This document shows positions 19,861-28,848 of a DNA stretch of 53,324 nucleotides, in pieces. The DNA is from a virus (taxonomy: Duplodnaviria > Caudoviricetes). The notes below the pieces were generated by a model that did not search any database, was not told where the DNA came from, and was given only the letters and a program-made list of their open reading frames with translations. The translations under genes and the position numbers were made by a program. Location of the stretch: positions 1-53,324 of the IMG/VR virus record IMGVR_UViG_3300047562_004041, one strand, 5' to 3'. Each line of letters begins with the position of its first letter. Position 1 is the first letter of the stretch.

Positions 19861-20871
19861 TTATCTAAAAGCATATATTATTACTCTTCCATTTCCTCCA
19901 TTTGCACCTGAATCGCCAAGTCCTCCTCCACCACCTCCTCCAGGAGATTGTCCAGATGTATTTGTGGCACCACCAGCACCCCCATAAGTAGATGGTCCAC
20001 CGTTACTTGGGGCTCCAGCGCCTGCACCTCCACCACCACCTCCCCAAAGAGAACTTCCACCAGAAGCAATGCTTCCAGACGCACCCAAATAACCTCCTCC
20101 TCCACCACCAAATACACTATCTCCGCCATTCTGAGAAGGATTAAGTCCACTTGCTAAATTGCCTCCACAAGCACCTCCACCATAAGAAGATCCTGCTAGT
20201 TTTACGCTAATAGTAATTGGTTGTAATTGAGTATATCCGACAATATCCGATCTAATTCTCGATATTCCTCCATCAGGTCCACCACCTCTTGGACTTCCGT
20301 CACCACCATAAACAGCTGTAGGAGCACTTAGAGTTCCACCGCCAGGACCACCAAATGATGGGTTACCAAAAGATCCTGGAGAATATGATGTCGATCCTCC
20401 AGCTCCGCCATATGCTATTACAAATGAACCAAAAGAAGAACTGCCACCAGCAGTTCCATCACCGCCACCGAGTCCAATAGATCCACCAGTACCTCCCTGA
20501 CCAACTGTTACTGTTACTGTGCTTGGTATGGATGAAGCAGGAATTTGAATATAATTACATGCACCCCCACCGCCGCCGTTACCACCGGGTCTAGGTCCAG
20601 CTGAAATATCTGTAGATTGTCCTCCCCCACCACCACCAGCTCCCCAAACACGAATTAAATAAAACTTATCAAGTGGATCTTTAGTGAAAGTAAAAGTACC
20701 AGGTGTAGAGTATGTAGTTGTTACTATGCCAATGCCACTAGAAAAAGTGGTTAAATTGTTTCCATCACCAAAAGTAGTGTAGAGTTCTTCAAAATTACTA
20801 TTAATCTTTAGTGCTCCCTGATATAAACTATCGGCACTACCTACATCAGTAGTTATTCCTTGATATGCCAT
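19861..20871 (-). CDS. Gly-rich fibre-like protein with gp9/gp10-like N-terminal motif (336 aa)
   Basis: DSLYQGALKINSNFEELY; VWGAGGGGG...GGNGRVII. Confidence 0.8.
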   Translation of the reverse strand: MAYQGITTDVGSADSLYQGALKINSNFEELYTTFGDGNNLTTFSSGIGIVTTTYSTPGTFTFTKDPLDKFYLIRVWGAGGGGGGQSTDISAGPRPGGNGGGGGACNYIQIPASSIPSTVTVTVGQGGTGGSIGLGGGDGTAGGSSSFGSFVIAYGGAGGSTSYSPGSFGNPSFGGPGGGTLSAPTAVYGGDGSPRGGGPDGGISRIRSDIVGYTQLQPITISVKLAGSSYGGGACGGNLASGLNPSQNGGDSVFGGGGGGYLGASGSIASGGSSLWGGGGGGAGAGAPSNGGPSTYGGAGGATNTSGQSPGGGGGGGLGDSGANGGNGRVIIYAFR

Positions 20872-20915
20872 CAGACTATGTTGTTAATTAATTATATTTA
20901 TTTGTAAAAGCATAA

Positions 20916-21338
20916 TCAAGCTATTCTCCAATCAAAACTACTTGGAGTGCCAGAAATAGTTTGAATTCCAACAAGTGTAACAGTTACATTCGATTGATCT
21001 ATAGTCAAATTTTCTGCTAGACCCATGATTTTCACTCCATCACCAAGACCAGGAGGTCTAAGTATTGTAGTGTTTGTGTATGCTCCTGCAATACAAACTT
21101 GAACGGTAGATCCATTAGTTTGAACTGATGGCAAAGATAATTGCACATTTGATGCAGTTACTGTACAAAATTCATTCAAACCAAGAACTTTACTAGTATC
21201 AGTAACAGTGTAATTTTTTACTCCAACACTAGCATATAATTCTTGGAATTGTTGATTTATTTTTACTGCGCCATCAATTAAAGTATCACCCGTTCCATCA
21301 TTTGGTGTAGTTCCAGTATTAATTCCTATGTATGGCAT
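20916..21338 (-). CDS. Baseplate/fibre protein with T4 gp9/gp10-like N-terminus (140 aa)
   Basis: INTGTTPNDGTGDTL..GAVKINQQFQELY motif. Confidence 0.75.
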   Translation of the reverse strand: MPYIGINTGTTPNDGTGDTLIDGAVKINQQFQELYASVGVKNYTVTDTSKVLGLNEFCTVTASNVQLSLPSVQTNGSTVQVCIAGAYTNTTILRPPGLGDGVKIMGLAENLTIDQSNVTVTLVGIQTISGTPSSFDWRIA

Positions 21339-21360
21339 TTTATATTAACACTTTTATAAG

Positions 21361-21615
21361 TTATTTAGGTTGCGCAAACACATGATAGTAACATTGAATT
21401 GGAATATTTCCGTTTGACTGTATGACAACTTCTTCCGAATCTGCTCTTTTTACAATCAAATTCTGATGTGATCCAATTGGCGTCAAACAAACAGTGATTG
21501 TTCTTGGGTCTACTAAATCTTTCCAAGATGTGGGCAATTCAATTTTATTTGAATGTCTTAATTTACCTCTAACTGATACAGTATTTTCTGTGACTTCGTA
21601 AATTGTATTTTTCAT
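21361..21615 (-). CDS. Small protein paralogous to the C-terminal domain of 23066..23980
   Basis: IELPTSWKDLVDPRTITVCLTP vs ISLPDYWRGLVDPESISVQLTP. Confidence 0.75.
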   Translation of the reverse strand: MKNTIYEVTENTVSVRGKLRHSNKIELPTSWKDLVDPRTITVCLTPIGSHQNLIVKRADSEEVVIQSNGNIPIQCYYHVFAQPK

Positions 21616-23063
21616 TATTCTACGCAGTTGGATGACGATTTACCATCAATGATGGGTGAACTCTGTTCTAAGTATATATCAAGAGCCTCTAATTCATCTA
21701 GTTCATTATTTTGATTTCCAATGGATTGTCTCATTCCCCATATTCTAAGAGCATATTCACTTCTTTCATTTCTCATTGCATTTGCCGCGTCCTCTATATT
21801 TGCAACACATGGACCAGATATAGAAGACTCTTTTGCTGCTTGATTTGAAGCTGCTGTATTTACAGCATTATTCACTGCAGCCGTACAAGATGGAGTTGAC
21901 TCATAATAATTTGCTAATAATGCAATATCAATTCCACTAAGACTAGTTCCTTTTGATGCTGGTACTCCTGGCGAAACGACTGGGCGATATGCAAAACCAG
22001 TAGGGAAAAATATCTTACCACCACCAACATTAGGTTCTTTTATCGTTTCTCCTCCAATTTCGGATCCTTTTAATTCTGGTTTCCATTCTTGAGTCGCTGA
22101 AGGACTTCCAGAATTATCTAGTTTTACTTTGTAACCAGTTCCTGCTGTGGTTGTATCTAAAATTCCAATTGTTTCTGGTGAAAATGGATTCTTAGTGAAT
22201 TTTTTTCTTTTATTGCTATTTTTAGATACCTTAAGTTCATATTTAAATCTTGGTTTCTCTGCTTCAAAGTCATCAGGTGAAATCACAACGGTATAATCAA
22301 CATAAGATCCATCGGCTTCTGGTAGAGAAGAAAATCCAATCGTAGCGTCTTTTAAAATAAGAGAGATAGTATAAAATGGATCTGTTGAAATTCCAATAAG
22401 TTCATTCAAAGAAGTAGAGATTCCACTTATTGTTGTTGTACCAAATCCTACAATTGTATTTGTGGTTGAGGGAAAGACTCCTTGCTTTGAACATGTGATT
22501 ACATTTCCAGTATCAAATCCAACAATAAGTTCATCTGGATCTTGAGTTATGATTGTAAGTACAGTTGAACCAAGTCCAATTTGACCAACAAAAGTTCCAA
22601 GTGTTGTATCTCCAATATCTTTAAGGTATGGTTGATCAAAATATTTTAAACCATACAAATTTTGAGTAGTAAGTCCAACTTTTGCATTTTCTTCATATGA
22701 GATGATGTTGCCGGTAACTGGCTCAATGTAAAAAACTGGCTCACCATAGCCAGATCTAGTAGATTGATCTACAACAATATCAACTGTAAGATCTCCTATA
22801 GTATAGTTTACTGCTCTCCAAAATAAATCACTATAACAACCAGAATCCATTCTAGCTTGATATGCCGCCTGAGTGTCATACATTGATTGATTGACTACTT
22901 CAATAGAAGCTAGTATATCAAGATCTAACTGTCTAGTTGCAATATCATAAGGTTCTTTTTCTGCATCAACAACTAATAATTCTTGTTTATAATTTTCAAT
23001 ATTTTTTTCTTTTTGTTTTCTTTTTTTACTAATATCGTCTTTAATTTTTTTTGATACTGCCAT
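21615..23063 (-). CDS. Virion structural protein with terminal coiled coils (482 aa)
   Basis: Long ORF in late operon. Confidence 0.75.
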   Translation of the reverse strand: MAVSKKIKDDISKKRKQKEKNIENYKQELLVVDAEKEPYDIATRQLDLDILASIEVVNQSMYDTQAAYQARMDSGCYSDLFWRAVNYTIGDLTVDIVVDQSTRSGYGEPVFYIEPVTGNIISYEENAKVGLTTQNLYGLKYFDQPYLKDIGDTTLGTFVGQIGLGSTVLTIITQDPDELIVGFDTGNVITCSKQGVFPSTTNTIVGFGTTTISGISTSLNELIGISTDPFYTISLILKDATIGFSSLPEADGSYVDYTVVISPDDFEAEKPRFKYELKVSKNSNKRKKFTKNPFSPETIGILDTTTAGTGYKVKLDNSGSPSATQEWKPELKGSEIGGETIKEPNVGGGKIFFPTGFAYRPVVSPGVPASKGTSLSGIDIALLANYYESTPSCTAAVNNAVNTAASNQAAKESSISGPCVANIEDAANAMRNERSEYALRIWGMRQSIGNQNNELDELEALDIYLEQSSPIIDGKSSSNCVE

Positions 23064-23065
23064 TA

Positions 23066-23980
23066 CTATCTCCTTTTCATTTCAGTTCCAATATATTCTA
23101 TTTCTAAATCTGGTACATCCTTTCTCTTACCAAAAACGACATAACTACAATTAACTGGACCACCTGAATTATTAGTTATAATAATTTTAGATCCCCATTG
23201 AATTTCTTTTACATATAGTTCTTGATAACATTCATGCGGTGTCAATTGAACTGATATTGATTCTGGATCGACCAATCCTCTCCAATAGTCTGGTAAAGAA
23301 ATTATATGCTCATTATTTAATCTTCCACGATAATAAACTCCAATTTCAGGTCCCTCTAGACATGCATGAGCCAATCTATGATTTGCTTTTGTTGGATGTG
23401 GAATATCAAATTCTTTCCATCCTTGAACATTGATAGTACCAACCAGATCAACATTTCTACAAAATAAGCTACCAATGACATCTAGATTTCCATTAATGAC
23501 CGTAGATCCATTGATTGCCTTTAATCCAGACCTTGCTTCTGCTCCAGTTTGAGCTTTTGCTCCAGTGATTGTTTCTGCACCAAGTAAGTTTTTAATTCCA
23601 GTCCAATTAGACAACGGAGAAGCAACATTAATCGAAGAAGCATTTAATATATTAATAATCAACGAATTGACTGCAATTCCAACTGGACCAACTGGATCAC
23701 CTAAAACAACATCTCTTGGTGTTGGTGGATCTGGTGTGCTTCTAACATAAAGCATCGGTAATGCTTTTAATTTTAGATCGGAACTCCGACCAATCATCAC
23801 ATTTCCTAGTGGTGCAGGATATACCAAAGGATTTCCAAGTAGAGATGCAGTACTTACATGTAGAAATCCACTTAAAGTATTAAATGTAATTGGAATAGGA
23901 ATTGGTGGTCCAATACCAGTTGGGTTTGCTGATATTGATAGTTGATCGCTAACATTAATCGCGCAATAATCTGCTGACAT
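23066..23980 (-). CDS. Tail spike/fibre-associated protein with C-terminal chaperone-like domain
   Basis: FDIPHP...L.HACLEGPE.GVY.RG motif. Confidence 0.7.
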   Translation of the reverse strand: MSADYCAINVSDQLSISANPTGIGPPIPIPITFNTLSGFLHVSTASLLGNPLVYPAPLGNVMIGRSSDLKLKALPMLYVRSTPDPPTPRDVVLGDPVGPVGIAVNSLIINILNASSINVASPLSNWTGIKNLLGAETITGAKAQTGAEARSGLKAINGSTVINGNLDVIGSLFCRNVDLVGTINVQGWKEFDIPHPTKANHRLAHACLEGPEIGVYYRGRLNNEHIISLPDYWRGLVDPESISVQLTPHECYQELYVKEIQWGSKIIITNNSGGPVNCSYVVFGKRKDVPDLEIEYIGTEMKRR

Positions 23981-23983
23981 TTA

Positions 23984-24589
23984 TTATAAAAAGGTAGATA
24001 ATATTTTCTTTATTGTTTGTATTGTTTCCAGAGGTCCAGTATTTCCAGTAAAAGATGGTGGAATTTTAACAGTTGCTGCAGTTGCATTTTTCATAAATGC
24101 TGCACTTTGATATAAAACATTACTTACTGTGATATATCCATTTCCAGAACTGACGAATTTCATTGCTGCAGTTGCTTTTACATTAACTTGCTTTCCATCA
24201 ATATTAACATTATTATTTGCTGAGATATTTATGTCTCCTTTTAATGTACCTGCTCCAGTTGCGATGATATCGACAGTTTCTCCAAATATCCTAACTCTGC
24301 CACTTGGTGCGCCAATAATAATATCTCCATCAACAGCATGTAAAACAAATCCAACTCCTTCTACTGGATAATCTCCACATTTAATCTGATATGTCCCAGG
24401 ACAACGGTTTGTAGTTCCACCAGCAAATTTTCCAGTTGAATTTAGTTGGGTATAATGTCCAATTGGAAATGGAAATCCATTACGAATGCTCACTCCAGAT
24501 AGAGTATTGTTTTTATCTACATTTCCAAATACAATTTCACCATCTTTATTTCCAACCCTATGTGCATAAACATTTTTTTCTTGTGCCAT
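23984..24589 (-). CDS. gp5 C-terminal-like spike protein (201 aa)
   Basis: Beta-strand repeats GDIII.A..G / GDINISANNNVNIDG; follows gp5. Confidence 0.6.
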   Translation of the reverse strand: MAQEKNVYAHRVGNKDGEIVFGNVDKNNTLSGVSIRNGFPFPIGHYTQLNSTGKFAGGTTNRCPGTYQIKCGDYPVEGVGFVLHAVDGDIIIGAPSGRVRIFGETVDIIATGAGTLKGDINISANNNVNIDGKQVNVKATAAMKFVSSGNGYITVSNVLYQSAAFMKNATAATVKIPPSFTGNTGPLETIQTIKKILSTFL

Positions 24590-27321
24590 TAATTTCTACC
24601 TACACAATCAATTACAGATATAATTTGTTGTCCACTATATCTATTTACATCGTCTTCCAATAGATCTCCAACTCTCTCGACACATAATTTTGGTATCAAT
24701 TGTGCATTGAATCCTGTCTTAGAATTTACTGTAATACTTGGGAATTCTAAGAATCCACTACCAGAAGAAATAATATTAACTTTTATCAAAGAACCATTTT
24801 TATCAAATGTTGGCTGCAATTGTGCCCCATTATCTGGTGTAACAGTGATTGTATCTGTTGGGGAATATGCACCACCAGCATTTAAAATTTCTACCTCACA
24901 AATGTAAAGTACAACTCCATAATCACCATTTTCAAAACTAGGTGATATCCCACGAGTTATTGTATCATATCCAAGTGGAGGTTCTGGTGTAATATATTCA
25001 GTATCTTCATCTGGTCTAAATGGATCTTCTCCTGGTGGGTTGACATAATCGCATTGATTCAATTGAACTACAGAATTTGGAGGATACGGCAAATCATATT
25101 TTCCATCTTTTCTTCTTACTATTGTATCTTCTGGATTTGCCCAAGTCCTTCCTTCCCCACCAAGACTTCCATCAGGAGTTGCAAGATATTCATATCCTGG
25201 CTCCACAACCAAAACTGAAACTACTCCAAGATCTTCTGGATCTATTTCGATTGGAGGTCTACGAGTTGAAATAAATGGTTTTAATGGGGGACATTCTCCA
25301 CTACCGCCACCATTATCACCGCCACCATTATCACCACTACCATCACTTCCTCCATTACCACCACCATCACTGCCATTATCACCTCCACCATTATCACCAC
25401 TGCCATTATCGATTTCAGAATCTATTGGTGGATTTATATTATCTGGATCTATTGTAGTGAAAATATCAGGGTCATATTCAATAGCATTATTATTGACTCT
25501 TACTAAAAGAGATTTTTGTCTGTATTGACCATATTTTCCTATTGCTTTTACTGTATATTTTGTATCTTGTGTTGGAGTAACACTGGTGGTACCAGAAAGT
25601 TCTGTTGACCCAAAATTAGTTTCAACTACTTTTGCTCGTTTTGTCTTCCATTTTAATTGTACAGCTCCACCCGAAAGTGGGGTTGCAATGAATTCCAATT
25701 CTGGTGGGATAATTCCAATTTTAGGTTTTACTACAGCACCACTACCTTTTCCGCATTCATCTACAATTGATGCAAATGGAGTGTCAGAATATCCCGATCC
25801 AGTATTAGTTATATCAACTCCTAACAATTCACCAGCAGAACTAATAATTGTGTTACCTGCGGCACCAGATCCATTGCCACCAAAGAATGTAATTTTAGGT
25901 GGACCACAAAGAAGAGGAGTTCCTTCACAACTTAAATCACTTAATACATCATTTAAATCGAAACTAAAATCGTCAATATCAACTCCCAATAATTCTCCAG
26001 TGTCTGGATCATATACTAATTTTGTAATGTCTGTAACTTGTTGCGCAAAACTTTCTGCTTGTTTTAAAATTGAATTGATATCTAATTCAAATCCTTCTGC
26101 ATTATCTCCAGCGCCCTCAAGTAAATTCCATTTATTTACATCTGGACATTTTTTTGGTGGTTCGCAATCAAATATTGACAGCAGATCAATCACAAAACCC
26201 AATACTTGATCTACTATTCCAGCAACTGCGCCGATTAATGATGCAATAGATCCTAAAACAGATGTAAGAAGTCCTAATATTTTTGACAATATAGACTGCA
26301 ATAAATTCTCAATGGCACACAATGGAACTATAATAAATCTATCAATTAAATCCTTCAATAAATTAACTATTGCATCTGTAATTTTGTCTAATATTTTATT
26401 AAAAAGACAGTATATTGCTTGCACTAATATACTTTGACCCTCTCTAATTGGGAATCTAGAATTCAATGATAAAGCATTTGCTGTCGATACGGATGCAGCA
26501 TTTATTCGTTTTAATATTTCTTCTTGTAGCCATTTTATTTTAGCTGAGATCCAACCGGAAACAATCTCTGCGTATTTGTCTATTTTTAATTGTACTTCAC
26601 CAACAAATTGCAATCTATTTTGAGCAAATTGAGCAGCATTTTTTCTAAAGTTCTCTATTTCTTTTATTGCATTTGATAATGCAGTCTTTACTTCCGTGGC
26701 ATCTTCGACTTCGCCTGCACATGGAATAGCCAAATCGGTTTCGAAAGGTTGTATATTACTATGAAAATTTTCTGTTACAGAATACTCTACGGCATTAAAA
26801 TTATAAACACTATTTCCCTCAAACCCATAATTTGGAATTACTACATTTAATGTAGGAGAAAATGAGTTTAGTGCATTTTTTGGATCAAATTCTCCATATG
26901 AATTTTCATAAAATGTTCTGCTTTTAACTCCAGTTACAACTGGTTTTGTTCTATTGCCATTTCTGAATCTTATTATAACTGAATCACCTGGAGAAATCTG
27001 TGCAATATGTCCGGTAAATAAAAATCCACTTCCACTGCTTGCTGGTGCGGTTATTTCTGCCCAAGGCAATTTATTGTTAGGTAATTTAGTTGCATCAGGA
27101 GAATGGATGCCATTTATTCTAACTCTTACTTTTCTTTTGGCAGGTTTTTTTGTATTACCAGAAGAATCTTTTTCTCGCTTCTTTTCTAACGATTCTTTCT
27201 TTCCAGAGTTTTTCTCCGAAATCCAACTACATTCGACTACAACCGCATCATAATCTCCATAAAATCCATAATCATTCGCATTTGAATATCGTCCACTTCG
27301 TATGCCACGACTAATTCCCAT
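24589..27321 (-). CDS. gp5: Baseplate hub subunit gp5-like (N-terminal OB fold)
   Basis: KVRVRINGIH...LPWA...GDSVIIRF..G....PVVTG; ATG 27321 (track TTG 27327). Confidence 0.75.
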   Translation of the reverse strand: MGISRGIRSGRYSNANDYGFYGDYDAVVVECSWISEKNSGKKESLEKKREKDSSGNTKKPAKRKVRVRINGIHSPDATKLPNNKLPWAEITAPASSGSGFLFTGHIAQISPGDSVIIRFRNGNRTKPVVTGVKSRTFYENSYGEFDPKNALNSFSPTLNVVIPNYGFEGNSVYNFNAVEYSVTENFHSNIQPFETDLAIPCAGEVEDATEVKTALSNAIKEIENFRKNAAQFAQNRLQFVGEVQLKIDKYAEIVSGWISAKIKWLQEEILKRINAASVSTANALSLNSRFPIREGQSILVQAIYCLFNKILDKITDAIVNLLKDLIDRFIIVPLCAIENLLQSILSKILGLLTSVLGSIASLIGAVAGIVDQVLGFVIDLLSIFDCEPPKKCPDVNKWNLLEGAGDNAEGFELDINSILKQAESFAQQVTDITKLVYDPDTGELLGVDIDDFSFDLNDVLSDLSCEGTPLLCGPPKITFFGGNGSGAAGNTIISSAGELLGVDITNTGSGYSDTPFASIVDECGKGSGAVVKPKIGIIPPELEFIATPLSGGAVQLKWKTKRAKVVETNFGSTELSGTTSVTPTQDTKYTVKAIGKYGQYRQKSLLVRVNNNAIEYDPDIFTTIDPDNINPPIDSEIDNGSGDNGGGDNGSDGGGNGGSDGSGDNGGGDNGGGSGECPPLKPFISTRRPPIEIDPEDLGVVSVLVVEPGYEYLATPDGSLGGEGRTWANPEDTIVRRKDGKYDLPYPPNSVVQLNQCDYVNPPGEDPFRPDEDTEYITPEPPLGYDTITRGISPSFENGDYGVVLYICEVEILNAGGAYSPTDTITVTPDNGAQLQPTFDKNGSLIKVNIISSGSGFLEFPSITVNSKTGFNAQLIPKLCVERVGDLLEDDVNRYSGQQIISVIDCVGRN
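25300..25410. repeat. GGDNG/GSDG low-complexity repeat within gp5
   Basis: ccaccattatcacc units. Confidence 0.8.
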
Positions 27322-27323
27322 AC

Positions 27324-27536
27324 TCAATCCTCATATACTCTACATTCCAATGCATCTGGATTTTCATCACAAAATAATTCTAGTGGACTTGGAGTGTATT
27401 CTGCATCTGGATGGTGTTCAATGTACTCAAGTAGTCTTTCTAACTCATTTTCCAGATGTCTTCTTCTTTGCTTTGAACATTCCGTGTCCAATTCTTTTTC
27501 TATTTTTAGAATTGTCTCGTAGATTTTTGTTTTCAT
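27324..27536 (-). CDS. cp12: Phage CP12 (Calvin-cycle inhibitor)
   Basis: C-terminus LELFCDENPDALECRVYED. Confidence 0.92.
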   Translation of the reverse strand: MKTKIYETILKIEKELDTECSKQRRRHLENELERLLEYIEHHPDAEYTPSPLELFCDENPDALECRVYED

Positions 27537-28825
27537 TGATTGATTCTCCTGCCATATGAATCTCTAGTCAATTTCAATACCGTATAAGATGGACCATTAG
27601 TTGAGATCTGGTGGCATAGGTCTACTATCATATATAGGCCAGATTTCTTTGAACTAGTTTTATTGTCATTAGAAATCTCTGGAAATAAACACTCAACCAT
27701 ATCACCTGCATGTAAAGTCAAATCCGCAAATATAGTAAATTGAACTTCAATTGCAAATAATTGTTGATATCTCATCTGGGATTGATTTATTATATCTTCT
27801 ACAATTAAATTTTCTTCATTCGATCTAGCTAATTGTTCTTCTGCACTAACTCCAGGGAGCATAGTTAAATCTTTAGTTGTGAAGTTTGTTTTAGTAGTTC
27901 CAGCAAAATCTGGATCTATAAAGTCTGGCATATTTTTCCCTGCCATTGATATCCCAGATTTTTGGTCAGATTTATCAGTAGTAGTCGGTTTAACTTTATC
28001 ATATACCGGATCATATACATAAGTTAAAGAATTATATGCTCCTTGTTTTATAAGATTTACTGCATTCACTGAACTCTTAAACATCGGAGTAGTCAAAATT
28101 CTAGCATCACATCCTTTAGGAGTATCAACTGAATTCGTATATATGAATGTTCTCTTTTTTTGTTGGCCCAATAAAACATCTATTGATTTAAATTTAAATC
28201 CTTCTGATGTTTCATAAAAGAAATATCCAGCTGTTTTCCCTTTTGCTGAAGGTAAATTTGGAATAGATTGTGGGGCAAGCCAAAGTAGAGCATCTTGTGC
28301 AGTCCAATCTACGCAACCATCGAACCTCAATGGATTAATTGTTTCATCAATATATACTGGTTTTTTAGTTTTTAAATCTGCTTTTAATATTTTATTTACA
28401 GAGTCTGATATTTTTCCCTCATAAAATCCAGTTACATAATAGTCGCTATAAAATTTTTTAAGATATTCTGTGGTACATAAATTAAAAGAAAGAACTTCCT
28501 TTTTTGTATCCGATAAAACTGGATTACCATCATATATTCTAAATGCAGTCGTATCTGTATTAAATCTTATTTGATTATTATCCTCATCATAAAAAGATAC
28601 ATATATTTTTTCTGTTCCTACAATATCAAGACCATTAGACTCTGTACCAGACCCTGAATTTGCGGTGTTTCTATTTCCAGTGTCAACATAAGTTACGCTT
28701 GCTTGTATGGAGGTAGAAAGAATACTTTCCCAGTAACTAAATGTTGTAATAGAAGTCTCAGCATATTCTTCAACTTTACCGTCTCTACTTCTAATTCTAA
28801 ATTCTCTTGGGTTTATTTTATTCAT
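27533..28825 (-). CDS. Tail/baseplate hub protein (gp27-like)
   Basis: GYFFYETSEGFKFKSID; LHAGD...SGLYMI..LCH motifs; position upstream of gp5. Confidence 0.7.
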   Translation of the reverse strand: MNKINPREFRIRSRDGKVEEYAETSITTFSYWESILSTSIQASVTYVDTGNRNTANSGSGTESNGLDIVGTEKIYVSFYDEDNNQIRFNTDTTAFRIYDGNPVLSDTKKEVLSFNLCTTEYLKKFYSDYYVTGFYEGKISDSVNKILKADLKTKKPVYIDETINPLRFDGCVDWTAQDALLWLAPQSIPNLPSAKGKTAGYFFYETSEGFKFKSIDVLLGQQKKRTFIYTNSVDTPKGCDARILTTPMFKSSVNAVNLIKQGAYNSLTYVYDPVYDKVKPTTTDKSDQKSGISMAGKNMPDFIDPDFAGTTKTNFTTKDLTMLPGVSAEEQLARSNEENLIVEDIINQSQMRYQQLFAIEVQFTIFADLTLHAGDMVECLFPEISNDNKTSSKKSGLYMIVDLCHQISTNGPSYTVLKLTRDSYGRRINQ

Positions 28826-28848
28826 TTTCTGTTCGTCTTATGTATTAT

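Noticed and set aside
9579-20871. Diversity-generating retroelement acting on fibre tips
   Set aside because: No reverse transcriptase, and no TR/VR pair differing at adenines was seen
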